Positions 24,793-39,500 of a stretch of DNA of 64,000 bases are shown piece by piece. Both the position numbers and the translations under genes were made by a program. The notes beneath the pieces are model-generated. The model was not told the DNA's origin and searched no databases. It saw nothing but the letters and a program-made list of their open reading frames with translations. The stretch spans positions 248,001 to 312,000 of the forward strand of contig JAYWIR010000008.1 in NCBI GenBank assembly GCA_036172245.1, written 5' to 3'. Source of the stretch: Raillietiella orientalis. Its lineage: Eukaryota. Within the stretch, counting starts at the first letter, position 1. The number at the start of each line of letters is the position of its first letter.

Positions 24793-27700
24793 AATCAGGA
24801 GTTGAAAGGTCACGTGAAAATTACCAACCTTTATGCAGTACAGCAGGGAAATGGGGAAAGTACACACAACGATCAAGTACGCGAAAATCCTAAGGATTAT
24901 GGATGCAGAGCCCTCCGTTTCTGAAACTGGGAACACAGTCTTGATGTAAGAGCAGAATTTTGTCAGAGAAAAAAAAAAAAAAAACTTGTTCGCCAGCACC
25001 CAGACTTCATCCTCAAGCAGGAAGAAGGAAAAGGACAAACAGAATGAAATCTTTCCGTACGGCGGTGCAGGACGTCGCGCGCTCGCCAGCATCCGCGCGC
25101 GCCACGGGATCCCCCGGTCACGCAGCAGCGTCCGATTCTTCAGCGGGAAATCGAGCAATGGTTATGTTTGTTGCTGTTGCCGGTGGTGGTAGTGGTGGTT
25201 TAAATTGCATTGTTTTCCACTTTTGCTGAATTTTGGAATGTACCTATTAGACGCTTGGCTGCAGAGTGGAAAGGCACCTTCAGAACGTTCCACGTGAAAT
25301 CCAGTCTTCTTCGTCTTGCAGCTGTTGCACACGTCGTGCTCGATTTTCCACGGGACAGCGGTGCTGACGCTAAGAAATCGATATGAGGGTGTTCGCACGG
25401 AATGCATCGCGATAGTAAGGTGGCGCGTGGTAGATACTGGAATCGGTGACTTCTCTCGTGTGATCTCCGGTCGCTGAGCAGGTCGCCGCGCCTCCTCCAA
25501 GGCACCCCGTCCTCCCACGACACGAAGCTGTCATTCGGGGACGCTGATCGAAACGGCGGAAGACTCCCCCAGCGCAGCTTTAGGGGACGGTCGCCAAGCA
25601 CCGTGGGTTGCAGCAGCTCCCACCTGCACTTTCAGGCTGTTCGCCTGAACCGCGGACAGTCAGCACGAAACTGAAAGGTGGAGAACACAGCGGGGTTCTG
25701 AGGAAGGAACCGAAAAGTCTGCAAGGGGAAATGAAGTTCCTCGCACACTCTCGCCACATTCGAAAGCGTCCTCCATAAGCCAAGATTGGAAAGGTGTTTC
25801 CGAATTCCCCTCCACGGATTCCCTTCCGTTCCCGAAACCTCAACAGGGAAGACGGAAGAGAAACCCGCCGTCGCTCAGTTGGAAATTTGCAGTTCTCGTG
25901 AATGCAGGTTCCTCAAGGGTGGAAGAAGCACCGTGGGTTCCTTTCGCTATTCAGTCGAGGGAACTCGTTAGCATCGGTTCTGGCGCCATTCCTGGCAGAA
26001 AACCACTCGAGACGCCGCTCGCTCAACCGATGCGGCGCGAGTGGGCTTCACGCGCGCTGAGCATTTCTCTTCTGCCCGTGCAGAGACGACTCTTTGAAAA
26101 CAACAAATCAACGACTGCTGTGCCGCTTTTCCACGTCCGCGTTTGAATGTGCTCTGTTATCTGCCTTGTGGTTTCTCGCCCTTTGTGCCTGTCGCTTTCC
26201 TTGGTACTCCGTACAAAAAGGAGTGCCAAGGAAAGCGACAAGCAAAAAGGAGACTCTTTTCTTTCTACTCTCGCGAGGCCCTCTCAGATCCAACCTTCAG
26301 TAGCTAATAGTCGGTGAAAAGCGAATCGGGATCTCTCCGCAGCGTTCCGGTCTGCTCGTCGGATTGCGATCTCCACACAGGCAAAAACATTGGATGCGGT
26401 TCCCATGGGCTGCAGCGAACTTTTGGATGGTGACGACAGCGATGACGGCCACGCCTCGTCCAGATGCCCCCCGTGCTTCTGACCGGATCCAGTCGCAGCA
26501 ACCAAGGAAGATCTCCCCTGTTTTGCAATGCATGCCGGCGTGGGAGCGTTCCGTGCAACTCCGTGCTGCTTGAGCAGACCACTCGTGGTAATCCCTTCGT
26601 CACGTGACAGCTTACTTCCGTGAATCTTTGGAAAATTGTCCGTAAATAGGCGAGAAGTATTTGTGGATGCAGCGTTCGGTTGGCTGACGTGCAGCAGCGC
26701 TAGGAAACTGGATCCATTCTTTGCTTCCCACCTTCGTCTTGAAATGAGTGATTGGTTTCGGAAGTCGGAAGGCGCTCTCCCCTGCTGATGGCGATCAGCG
26801 ACTCCGTAAGGGAAAAGCGGAATTGCAAGCAGCAAAGTTTGCAAATACGGAAGCAGAATGAGGGATTCTGCTGCTGCTTTTTTTTTTTTTTTCTAAAAAA
26901 AAAAAAGAAGGAAAAAAAAAGTGCCTTCTGGGCGGTTTGTAGAACCTCTCTGCTTTTGCTTCTCTTTAACTTTGGATTGGGATGGATCGTTTATTACGTG
27001 GGTAGAAAAAAGGTTTTTTTGCGCGGAGCTTGCAGGTGTCGAAATGGCTTGTAAAAATTGTGGCTGGAAGTTTCCCAAATGCGGAATATGTGGTTCTTCC
27101 TGGTTAATCATGCGGCGTGGGGCCCAGGAGGGAACCTGGGGAGAGGGGGAAAAAAACATTTCCGTTGCTGGCTCCTTGAATTTTTCCATTGGGCCGATGG
27201 ATGGAGAGAAACCCCGACCTTGGCTGCACCAAACCAAACACTTTCGTAACAGCGGTAAACGGCGTGGCCAGAAGTGTGCCTCCACTGTCCTCCACATTTT
27301 TCTTTTTCTTTGCCACAATCAAGCTTAGGCAAAGAAGGTGAAGGGCTGATGTAGCCGAGAAAAATGAATCTTTCCTTTCTTTTCCTTTCCTTTCCCCGGA
27401 TCGGTGAGGAGACGTGGAGACTTATTCAGTACGGAAAGCGGTCGTGCAGTCGCATTTTTTTTGAAGGGTGGGCTGCAAATTCTGTGAACAACGAATTCTG
27501 TGAACGAAGTGACGAAACATTCGCAGAGCGTTACTTTCCACGTGATTTCGAAAAAGCTGCAACTTCCAAGCATTCGTTTTCCGTGCAGCGTGCAGGCATA
27601 CCAGAACCACTTTCGAATTCAAGGCAAATTTGCAAAAAAAAAAAAAAAAAAAAAAAATGCATCGGTCCTTCATAATTTATAAAGATCTCTCTCTATCGGG

Positions 27701-28187
27701 GTTTTCAAAGCCGTTTTTGATCGATGACTTCCAGTTTCGAGACGGTCTGGAAATGGAAGCACAGCCCGACGATGGGGAATAGGGAACAGCAGAGGGAAAC
27801 TTTTGGATTCACGGAATCCAATCGTATCTTTTTCGTGTGTGTTTCACGGGAATCACCAGTAGCCGACGCAGTCAGAATCCCCAACTTCCGGTGTCGTTTT
27901 CTTGGGAGGCGTTCAGGGTGCTTGCGTCTTCGATGCGCTTGCGATCTTCGCGTTTCGGGTACGGATGCTGCTGCTTCCAACGCCTTTTTCAACGGACACA
28001 ATGATTTGGGCCGTGAGAGCTCTCCGGAATACACGCGAAACCGTACACGTACACGCACTGAACGGGTGATCTTTCGGAAGGTCAAGAAGAAAGCACATTG
28101 GAAATGCATGTGCCCGAGTTTCTCGCGACTTTCGCTTCTCGAGCGTTGGCGACGACGACCGACAGAATTCAAAGGGGTGGGGGGGGG

Positions 28188-28224
<37 letters not shown>

Positions 28225-28371
28225 AACCATCACAACTTTCAAGTCACAACCACCCTGCTCCAAAACAAATCGAAACTGCTCACCATAAGGATCGATTAAT
28301 GATTTTTTCCTGTCCAGAGCGTCTTCTTTAGCGGACAAATCGATCTGCTGGATTTTTTTCGAAGCGTTCAT
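19755..28371 (-). CDS. Stomatin/band-7 family protein, paralog 2 (294 aa, 7 exons)
   Basis: Exons 28284-28371, 24829-24920, 24566-24721, 21000-21097, 20743-20904, 19925-20090 and 19755-19877 sum to 885 nt in frame with GT-AG introns. Motifs [91 protein letters not shown] at 19742-19747 (minus). Confidence 0.95.
21950..23260 (+). mobile_element. RTE-like LINE RT and 3' remnant inside a stomatin intron
   Basis: FCGLRPDR..REC (QCGFR.GR..CRE), GEQSGC..P.SF (GV.QGC..P.LF), CFADG (FADD), KKLVRAVWP/ESW and KDSWKDQGN..EV (ISW.D...N.EV) in order. Confidence 0.5.
23480..23700 (+). mobile_element. Non-LTR RT remnant
   Basis: SYADNKMAFIRDE ... HLLFDSKK resembles YADD plus the L.FN.KK segment. Confidence 0.4.
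28177..28222 (+). repeat. G-run plus (GA)n microsatellite
   Basis: Directly visible. Confidence 0.9.
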
Positions 28372-28618
28372 GCTGTTTGGCTAAGTTTTTTTTAATGGTT
28401 GCTGTACGACTCCGGCCGGCAAGTTTTCACTTCTGAGAAGAGTCATTTGCAACTAACAGAAATCCGATTACATTAATGGATTTTGCTTATCCGCGGGTGC
28501 TCTTAAGCTCGGCATACCAAGTAGGTGCATGCGGCACGGTTCTCGAAAACATGCCCAACCTCAATCGATAGCACAATTTTATCGTGACTGAAATTAGTAA
28601 ACGCATATGCAGAATTTT

Positions 28619-28670
28619 CGCCGCCGCCGCCGCCGCCGCCGCCGCTGATGATGACGATGACGACGACGGC
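28619..28670 (+). repeat. (GCC)n(GAT/GAC)n trinucleotide microsatellite
   Basis: Directly visible. Confidence 0.9.
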
Positions 28671-29702
28671 GGAGGTGATCCTCCTCCCGAGACGGACGAC
28701 GGATCATCATTCCGTACCGTCGTCGTCGCTGCATCTCCTTCGGTTTTCGACGAAAAGGAGCAGGAAGAGTGTGGCCTTTTTTTTTTTTTTTTTTTTCCTT
28801 TCCTTCTTTCTTTCTTTTCTTTTCTTTTCTTTTTTTCTTTTTTTTTTTTTTTTTATCGGCGGAAAAGAGTGCGCGTGCAAATTAACCGACGACGCGTGAT
28901 CGCTCCGTCCTAGAGGAACTGCCGCCGCGATCTTCGGCGAAGATTATTCTGCGAAAGATACATGTATAATTAGGGCGAAAACCAAGCGAGCTCCCCAGCC
29001 GAATCCTCTAATCGGACCTACTTAATTTTATCGCCAGTGGTTTTCCAAGTGGTGCCTAAACTAGCCAACCATGCTAATGGGATTTAATGTATTTTCCTCA
29101 CATCACCGTTTTCGGGAGCCGTTTCGGAAGCTCCTCCACCCTCCTCGCAGGCGGGAATCCCCCGGTGGTCCGTCTGTGGCACGGCCGAAGGAGTCCTCCT
29201 CCTCACTGCTCACTCTCTGCTCCTACTTGCATCTCCAGGCACCAAATACCACTTTTCCGCTTTGGGGTTCGCCGTTTGTATTCGCCGCGTAGACAGGGAG
29301 GGGGACGGAGAACCCTCGCCGCCCCGCCGCCTCCTTTACCGATCCCGAAGTTGATCGATTGCTTCCAAAACAGAGTAGTGAAGGGGGAGGGAAGGGGGAG
29401 GGGGAAGGAAAAGGGAAAAAGAAGACGCGAAAAGTCCGGTCCTCCCGTGAACGAAGAAGGTTTGCCCCCCGCGCGGCATCATCCCTTCCCAAGCCACGCC
29501 GGACTTGCTTTTCCCGTGGCGCGGGGGAGACCCTACTACGGACGGGGTGGGAGGCGGGAACGGCAGCAATTTTTCACACGGCCTGCGTGCTTTCAAGCCG
29601 TTCCCACATCAAACAGCGCGCGCGATACGGAAGAACCCCCAAATACGGGAAAGGGGAAAAAAACAAAACAAAAGCGTTCCGCGGTTTCGTAAAAACGCAA
29701 GC

Positions 29703-29775
29703 AGCCCCTAGTGAGGATCGAACTCACGACCCCTGGTTTACAAGACCAGTGCTCTAACCACTGAGCTATAGAGGC
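29703..29775 (-). tRNA. trnT-TGT: tRNA-Thr (anticodon TGT)
   Basis: GCCTCTA TA GCTCAGTGGTTAGAGC A CTGGT CTTGTAA ACCAG GGGTC GTGAG TTCGATC CTCAC TAGGGGC T folds as a full cloverleaf; T5 Pol III terminator at 29691-29695. Confidence 0.97.
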
Positions 29776-30514
29776 TCGACAAGTAAAACTGCCAAAGGTG
29801 CCCTAAAGCATTTTGGCGGTAAGAGCGCCTCCCGACAGGGCGCGGGCGATGCGCCCACGGCCGCCGTTGCGCCAGTGTCGTCGCGCTGCGTTCTCAGCGC
29901 GGAGCGGTGCGACGTGGCGGGCGGTTCCGTGTGCAAAAGGAAAAGCAAAGACGAAGGAAAAACCGGCAAAGAGAGGCGGACAGGGACACCTCGAGGGTCG
30001 ACCCCAACCACATCCCCGACACGGAGAACAGGTCCGATGCCGACCCCCCTCCGCCGTCAGCTCGACTTTCCTCTTCGGCCCAGAAAACGTGAAAGGTACG
30101 ACCCGTGCTGAGTAAATTGTTCGAATCAAAGCATAGAATGGTTTTGGCAGAAAGTGCGAGCGCAGCAATCGAATAATCAGCTCGGATCAGTACGTATGTA
30201 TGTGTGTGTACATAACGGAGCTTTTCGATGTTTCGTTCCGAATCTCGTTGTGCCTTTGCGAAAGCATCAGGAAAAGAAAAAAACAAAAAAAAAATCCGTG
30301 TAAAGAAGGACTGTAGGCAATCAGCTGCCTTTAGGGAGATTGGCAAGAAGGGGAAAAACTTTTGCCCAGTTGCCTCCGCGAGAGAAAATCTTTTTCGTGC
30401 ACAACAAATACCACCAAACACGTAAAAAAGTTAAAATGAAAACAACAACAACACAGACTGTGCGCTGAATCATTTTTTATTGGGACAAGGTATATACAAG
30501 TAAACAGCCCGAAG

Positions 30515-33500
30515 TTACTTTTTGGCTTGAATGAAATAAGACAGGACATCGATCGGGAGTGGGAAGATGATTGTGGAGTTCTTTTCCGCCGAGATGGTGT
30601 TCAGAGTTTGCAAATACCGCAGCTGGAAAAACAGGAACAAACACGGAATTAGGAGGGTTTCCGCATGCGGGGGTGGTGATTCTCACCTGCAGCGCGGAGG
30701 GGTTCTCTGCTATCACTTCCGCAGCCTCCTTCAACGCGCGTGACGCCTTCTGTTCACCCTCTGCAGCAATCACTTTTGCTCTTGCTTCTCTTGCTGCTTC
30801 TGCCTCTGCAGCCATTGCTCGTTGCAGTTGCACTGGGAGTCGCACATCCTTTCTGAAAAAAGGAGGGGAGAGAGGGGGGGGGGGAAGAAAGTTGGAAAAG
30901 AATGCTTCATGCCAGTGATTTTTAAAAGTGCTGCGCCATCCCTCCCTCAGTTTCCCTTTCGATACGCGTGCACTGTTTTTTTTTTTTTTTTCCAAAAAAT
31001 TCAGTGTTTTTACTCCCTTTGCCATTATCTATCAAACTTTGGTTTCTCGCGAAACGGAATGTCTCCTATCGTTTTGCATGGGTGGTATTTTATTGCACGC
31101 TTTCCATCCACAAGAGTGGTTTGTGCGTGGTTGAAATGCAGCACCAAGGCGACACACTTGTTGCCAAGCACTTTGGCTGCTGCTGCTGCTGCTGCTGCTG
31201 CACACGAAGACCGATCCGTCTCCAGGAAAGCAACCGAAACGCGATCGTGCGACGAGGAAAAATCGGGCGTTCGTGCGTTCTTTCGGGTAAGTGAAAAATG
31301 AATTGTCACCAGGAAGATGGAGCAAGATGAAGTGAAGCGACATCAAAAGCACCACATTCAACAAAGTACGAGGAAGAAGAAAATTCCTGTACTCCAGAAT
31401 CGGTCGGAATGGAGCCCGCTCGATAACTGGAACCATCAGCCAACTGGCACGTTGCATTTCAGCGAAAGGGCAAAAGAAAAGGAAAGAAGAATGCAGCACT
31501 GCTAAGCGGTTCTTCAAACCGTAGAAGAAGACGAGTCGGAATCCGGACGCAACGCAAAGCCCGACCAAGTTGGGGAGGTGAAAACGAAAAGCATCCGAAA
31601 AGTTTTTCCCTTCCGGGGGTTCGTGCGATGCACGCTTCGACTGCAGGGAAGGTGAAGAAGGGTGATGACATTCTTACATCTACAAAGCAACGACTTTGAG
31701 GGGGGGGGGGGGGGGATGACCAGGAACCTCGGCGGAAAAGAAAAACGCGACACATCAGTGGTGTTTCTTCTTCAATCCGTCGGTCGAATTCCTTCTCCGA
31801 GGGTGAATCTTCCTGGTGGTGCGGAAAATTGCTTTCTTGGCGTCAAAAAGTGCGGTGCAAAATGAGCGAAGCGTCCGTGGAAAGCACGGTCTGTGCTGGG
31901 TGCAGGTACGTCACAAAAAAAAAAGGGTTGCACCTGGTTGACATTCCCATTTACTTTGCGCGCACGTGATTCTCGGATTTCGAAAGACGTGGAACTTTTG
32001 ATCTTTCCTGCACCGCTACGACACCAGCCGGTGAACACTGGAAGGAAGTTTTGCGCCGAGGTGCACCTTTCCTGGTTGTTAAAACGTTTTGAGGGAAATT
32101 CTCCGAGGCGCGCATGGAGAGACGGCGACCAGGTGCGGTCAGGACGGTTGCGGTGGCCACGATTCCGCGGTCAGGACGACGGACGCGGCAGAAACAAAGA
32201 TCCCCCCCCCCCGGGTTCCGGGAATCCGAGACGGGGGGCATCTCGTTTCCTTTCCCCCCCCCCCCCCCGCGCAACACGTAAGTGTTTGCTCCCACACCGA
32301 ACCAGGTAACGGAAACGCAACCTAGACGACGCGCGTGTCAAAGTGGCCGTAAGTATGTCGTTACATCCGTCGGCATTTTCGAACGGTTCACGCGTCTGAG
32401 AAGGCGCATGGCAGTACCCTGTGGGGATTGTCCAGCGATCCGCTTAGGGGTGCAACCGCACACCGGTCAGATAATTGGGGACACACATTCCCTTGCTTTC
32501 TTCTTCGCCGATCAAATCGCTCCGATTCCCATTTGTGTTAGCTCGCTAAAATCACAAAATCAGACGTGTAGAATGAAACTCATGGCCTCATACGGAAGAT
32601 AGATATGTTCTATTGTTTCTATCCCCAGCTTTGCGACACTTCCATTAAAGATTTCGTCATTAGAACTTACATTTCCACCCGTTCGACCTTCACTCCCCAT
32701 GGATCTGTAGCTTCATCCAAGGATGCTTGCATATTATGAGCAATAGCTTCTCTTTCTGATAGAATTTCCGACAAATTTTTTGTTCCCAGAACATTTCGTA
32801 ATGTCGTGGCTGCAAGTAAACGTGTTGAATGGCTAAAAAAATAATGCTCTAAAATTTATAACAAGAAATCATCATCATCATCATTTTTTTTTTTTTTTGC
32901 ATTTACTGAAAACACGAGAAAATTATTCGCTGAAATGATTGCTGAAATCTGTTGAAAAACATTATGAAATAAATGATGAAAGCAAAATCTGCAGTACACT
33001 AAAACGTCAAAACTCAATCAATAATAATGATTTCGAGGGAAACAAATTGGCCTTTAAAACGTTTAAAAAAGACAATTTGAGGGAAAAAATGGTACAGTGC
33101 TGAAATAGGTCTCACCAGGTCACATGTAATGTGATCGAAGTCCATTTAACTAAAATGCAATATAAATATGCACAAAGAGTGGAGGGGGGGAGGATACAAA
33201 CATACAATTGTGATGTAAAGCACGTGGCGTGAGAGGGGAGATGCCTTTCAAAATGTAAATTTCTTCTTTCAAAAACATCGGAAAAAACAATTTCGAAGCG
33301 AACATAAATTTCGGAATTCTCACATTACATATGTCAGGATATACATCGGTGACGCTTTATTCACCTAACGAAGCGCTTCGTAAAGGAAGAACGCACGGTT
33401 GTTATTCGTAAAGACGGGGGTGCCGAACGGGAAAACAATTCCGGAGAGCAAACGTCTCGAGTGATGGCAGGAAGAGCAAAAGCGTGCGGCCATGGCAACG

Positions 33501-36500
33501 GCATGTGTGCAGTGCAACTTTTCCAAGCAGATTCGCTCGAACTCGAATGCAATCGATGAAACCCACACCGCATGGTGATCAAAAGTACAGCCAAGAATAA
33601 TTAAGATAAAGCAAGAGAAGCAAAACGAACAAAAGAAGGGGGAAAAAGAGCCATTCCTTTGGGGAGATTCATTTCTCCCCAGAAGAACGGCTAAAAAAGA
33701 GGGGGGGAGGGGGGAACTCCCCATTCTTTGGGTGGGCATTTTCAACTTCTAGAACCGACTGCCAACACGCGATTCCTACTTGGTTTCGTTAGTCGTAACG
33801 GATGACAAGTCAGGTGACCAACGAAGCCCAAAGCAGTGGGGACGTGGATGGGGACACAGATGCGAACCGACACTTGAGCAGAAATCGAATCACAGAGAAT
33901 GATTCCATTACTTTCACGACACGAGAAATGAAACTTTTGAAACGAATAAGTAGTGGTCAGCGGCTCGGAATATCCAGCATATTGAGGAAAAAGTACACTT
34001 GACACAATTACAATTAATAAATAGCAGTTATTACCAATACGTTCGTTTAAACCAACATACTATCTGTTTACTCTGTTTACGAAACGAAAAAGTTCCTATT
34101 TGTATTAATTAATCTGTATTAATCTCTAATAACAGGGGGAAGGAGTACTTGTGTCCGTTTCCACCGTGATGTACGGCTTGGTAAAAGCTGTACATCGTTG
34201 GCAAACATTCGCTCTCTCTTCCAGGCCTGAAGTCTGTGAAGCTTGGAGGAAGCTTCCAGCAACCGGCAGGAGATTGTTCCAAAATGAGCTGTGTGACCTC
34301 GTTCCAAAGCAGACCACTTTTCACCGTCTCACGATCTCAACATAAAATAGCACAGAATCAGAGCCCAACCACACACTGTGATTCAGGTCACTGGCATTAC
34401 ATGACCACTGTTTCGCTGACCACAAACACAAGATTGCCCAAAATCACCTCCAATAAACAGCCAATTTTGAAATTTGAATCTCAGATCGTTTCAGGTACAT
34501 TACTGGGACTGAACAGTACGGAATGGCTGATGTGCTTACTTTGGCCAAGTAACAAAAAGACAGAAATACCTGTAATTCTGCACATTGGCTATGGCTATTG
34601 TAGGATTCTTGACTCTGTAGTAGATGACAGCATCCACTGCTACCGTGACGGAATCTCTCGATAGAATCTACAAAGGAGGGGAAAAAAAAAGTGTATCATT
34701 GTGTACCGTTCGCGAGACTCCCGGTTTTTAGGAAAGCAAACCTCTCTATCACAAAGACTGTAAGAAGAAGAAAAAATGAGCACATGGAAATTTAAGAGCT
34801 GAGATACCGATGACTGAACATTCAGACTTTCTCCGTATTTGATTTCCCAATCCACGGATCTTTCGTAAATCCATAATGTCAGGCGAAAACATGCACGACC
34901 ACAGTTTACGGTTCTCAGCGGCAAACCAACACGCAATCGCATTACTCGAATGGCAAAGTCAAAAGTCTGCGGATGAAAAATTACGAGCAACACAACGCTG
35001 CATCACTTGCACGGATCTCACTTCACCGAGTGACGCGAGCCACAGGTCAGCAAGAGGTCGCAACGACCACAGGAAACGAGAAGAAGTCGAGTTCGTTCAC
35101 GGTCAGTTTGCATAGCAAGAACATCATCATCGCCTGCGTCCATGGAATACGCTCGTGCAAAAAAAGTACTTGGAATCCCGGTGGCACGACAGAGAGCAGA
35201 AGAAGATCTTCTGCTTCCAGAAACGGCAAACAAGTTCTCAGTTCAGACATTGGATTTCGGACAAAAACCGTCGGAACTTTAACCTGACGGAAGAAATCCA
35301 GTGGCACTGCGCTGCGAATTCAAAACGTTCATGGGAGAGTTTTGTGAGAGTTAACCAAAAGCCTGGGGAGGGGTCTTCTCCTCACGGGTGAATCCTTTCT
35401 CGGAAAAGTTTTCATGAGTTGGTGGTGCATTCGTGCCGCTGTTGATTGTGCCTCGTGAGGCTTTAATAGGCATCAGAGGAAACGATCTTGCCGAGCGGTT
35501 GCGGAAAACAAGAACCACAGTGATATTTCTACATGCAATATCTTCTGTGACCAATCAGTAGTGAGGCAGTTTTTTTGTTTGTTTGCTTTTTGTTTTTTGT
35601 TTTTTTTTTAGTTTTGCTTTTCTTGCTTTATCTTAAACACACACATCCTGGACTCTCTTTACTTAAACCAAGCCTCGTCCTCTTCACTTCAAAAAATAAC
35701 ATGACTGTGTGCGTCGATTGCGCGATGCGTGCAGAATCTTCGTAAGTAAATTTCAATCCATGGGATGGACCGAAAGCTTACATTGTGAATCTCGCAAAAA
35801 AAAGGTCAGTAAATCTCTTTACAAAAAGCATTTGAGACGATATAGTTTCGAATACTCAAATTCTGTATCAGCTTGCAGCAACAGCTTTACTTGCAAGTTA
35901 TTTGATGAAATTCTTGAGGCAGCATGAAGCAATTAAAAATTCCTCGTCTTGTTCTGTCACGTTTCGGTGGCATGGGTTTATTTTCTGCATCTCCTCGAAC
36001 GAACCATCATTAACAGACCTTGCCTTCATCTTTGTACACTGTGATGCGGCTGCGAAAAATCGCATTTTACTCGTTGCTCAGTTAAGAAGAGCTTCAGCTG
36101 TTGCTCCTGCTTTCAAAGAGACCAGGAAACCTGGAGGTGAGGGACGATGAAAGGACAAGCAATTTTGTGATGACAAGGACGTTCGAGGAAGGATCGTGGA
36201 TCACCCCACACGGCACCGAATCAACCAGCGTGACCACCCCAGATCGAGCAGTTCATGGACTGCAGTTAGCTTGGAAGCTGGCATCGCTTTGGTCCACTGT
36301 ATGCAGTCGAGGGCCCGCAATCCTTGCAGATGTTCTTGGAAACATGAAGAATCTGCACTCGACGAATTCAATTACGATCCGAACGAAAGTAGCAATGAGC
36401 GTAGGGAAAGAGCCTCCTGCAAGAGTTTCAAACTTTTGAAAAGCGCTGTGATACGGTGATGAAATAGGGCTGCAATCCGACAACTGCAACGTAATGCTAA

Positions 36501-39500
36501 ATTCTTTTACTAAAGTGAAAAAGAAAACAAAAAAAAAAAAAAAGGAAAGAGAGAGATAGAGAGAGAGAAAAGTCCTATCAATCTGGAATAGTGGACCATC
36601 AACCTGAAATGTTTCGTTTAAAAAAATCCGCCGTAAAACAGATGGACAGTCCATTTTTTTGATTAGGAGATTCTTCTTGTACATTCTACCAATGAAGCAC
36701 TATAATAAAGGGAATAGCCGCCTGCTCCTGAAAGTTTGCAAACAAGAACTCTTTCGCTCAAACTGCAAAAAATGGACTACACTTGCTGAACATAGACAAG
36801 GTAGGATCCGCGTTCTTTTTTTCTTCCCCTCCCCCCTCCCCCTCCCTTTTCAAACTGTGCAACCTATTGTAATAAAAATCAGCAATGAAGCATTAATCCA
36901 CTACGCCTACTTTCGACTCGGTCTTATTTGATTTTTATTTGCTTCCGGGAAAAGCAAGCTCAATGGTCAATTACGTTTCTTCGGATGCCAAATTTCACGG
37001 GCATGTGCAGCATAACAAGGAATTTTGAGCAGGTATTTACTGGCTGGACGGAGTGTTGAGATAAATAGGAATATGCGTCCAAACAAAGTGCTGTGGAAGC
37101 AGAATCCACCAGACCGAACGGGTAACGAATAAGGAGTGACGCACAGAGCGTGCATCAAGTAGCAGTCTTCCTACTGGGATGACCCCAGGAGCTCGAGGCT
37201 AGAGGACAACACGGTGGCGCTCTTTCAAAAGTGGTAGGGACAGTGTTGGCTGAGAGGATACCGAGTTCCGCATCGAAACGTACCGTGCATCCATAATGCA
37301 TAAAACGGCTATAAACACAATCCACTGGAACGTTACAACTAGCGAGAACCCTTCAGGGCTGGGGACTTTGATCGTACGAAAAAATGACCCACAATGACAC
37401 GAACTTCTGTAAGCAAGAGGGAAAGCAATCGCACAAAACGAGTTCGCCTTGAGCAATGGTACGTACATAGACAACACACACTATGCACTCGGTTTCGAAG
37501 AAACTGTGACATTTTGTAAGGACTTCAGGAAACTTTGCAGGCTGAATTCCTTACAAGGTGTGCTCCTCACAAACCGCGATTGCCCTCCTTAATTCGGCGC
37601 AGTTTTGTCCGAAACGAGGTGCGTGCGCAGGTCCCCGTCACGATAACCGATCGAGCAAAATAAAACACCACATCCGTTAGTTTTCATGAAAATACATTTA
37701 ATAGCAATAGGAGTACTAAATTAAGTCTGAATACCTAGCAAAATAAATTCATACTCACTTCCTGCGGTGGAACATCAAAAGAAACAGTGCGAAGATCAAC
37801 TTTGCGATATGTATCAATACAGGGTATAACGAAAAATATGCCCGGACCTCTGGCCCCTCCCTTTAAAAGTCTTCCCAAACGGAAAATCACAGCTCTCTCG
37901 TATTCTTGGACAACCTAGAAAATACAAAAAACAAAAAATAATACGTTTGAATCAATAGAAAAGGCATTTCCTTAAAAGTTAAACCTGCTGGATTTACGAT
38001 TACAGAATGATCACGAACACTGTGTAAGCTCCAAAAAGGCAACTGCAGTGGGTCAAAAATGGGAATTTGCCTACTTTTTGCAGGGATCCGAACCCCACAT
38101 GACCGTAAAATGAGGGGGGAAAGGGGTCGGAGTACTTCATCGGAAATCGCGCAAATGTAATCAAAGGCAAGCAAACAGAAAATTGCGAAGGATGCAACAC
38201 AAGAAATGTGCAAGAAGAACACACAAACATAATGTTTCCAGAGATCGAAGACGATTTGCTTGCACAGAAAGAAGGACCAACTGAAAACCTCCAAAACAAA
38301 ACGAGAGAGAGCGAACGCGCTTTCTCGTCTCGAGAAGTGCTGAAGAAAGTCGATGGATTCCTGGCGTCGTGACCACAAGTGGACATCAGTGCCACTTGAA
38401 ATCAATGGACACGAAACACAATGAAAACCTTGTAGAAAGAAAAATTACAGAAACACACCAGCCTGAAGAAACAACCGCAGAGCACCTTTCTTCAAGCGGA
38501 ACGCAAACACAACAACTGTGTTTATACGTTAATGGAAATGACCTTCACCAATGTATTCTAAAATATTCCTCGTGACATTTGGATTTCGGACTTGTGAGGA
38601 AAGAGATGACGGATTTTATTCAGTTCATGCCTCATGGCTTTTGTTCCGAGCTGGCAGGAGGGCGAACCGACCACGTCCACCGAACCAACGGAAGGAAAGA
38701 GAAATAAATCCGTCGGACGGCCGACGGCCTTCAGCTGGACGCGGTCAAAATTGGCAGCGCACGGGGAAAAAAAATGAGGGCGAAGGGTTGAAGGAAGCGT
38801 TAGGCATTTGTGCTCACTTCAACGGGAGAGACCTTCGATACGAGAGGCCTCTGCTTTGCTCTTCCCAGATTGAGCGTCCATCCTCCGATTTTCTGATTTT
38901 TTTCCAATCTCGTTTTGGACCGAGGAATGGAAAGGCTCGAATTGAATCGAAAAGACAAAAAGGATCAAAGAGGAGGCCTTCATCTTTAGGCCGACAACAA
39001 GAAAAGGAACACCTCCGTTCGGGAAAATTCCCAACCCGTCACCAAGGAATTCGGAAGTATCCATCAGCAAATCATGGAAGCAAAGGGAGCAAAGGGTGCG
39101 TGCACGATGATCTACGAAAAATTTTGCTGACGAAAACCACTTGCAAGACGAGGAAAACGGATCAAACAAACACGGCACTTTTGAAAATAATTTTTCGGCA
39201 CAGAGACGTGTTACATAAGGGCCAAAAAATCTTTAATGATTACGAATAAAGCCCTTTCCATTGAAATGCTCAACAGACATCACCCGGTGATTCGAAGCTG
39301 CCGCAAAGAACACGGCTCCTCAGCCGTGTTCTTTGTCCTCCGAAGGTGTACACCGTTTAGGAGACTTTGTAAGAGAATGAATGCAATGATAAGATAAGTA
39401 ATCGAAAGGGAAAATGCTAAGTTTGATCACTGTACGTACAGCGCAGATGTGTGGACACCCACCCACACAACCGGCCCGCTGAAAGCTGGGAGCTTCGTTT

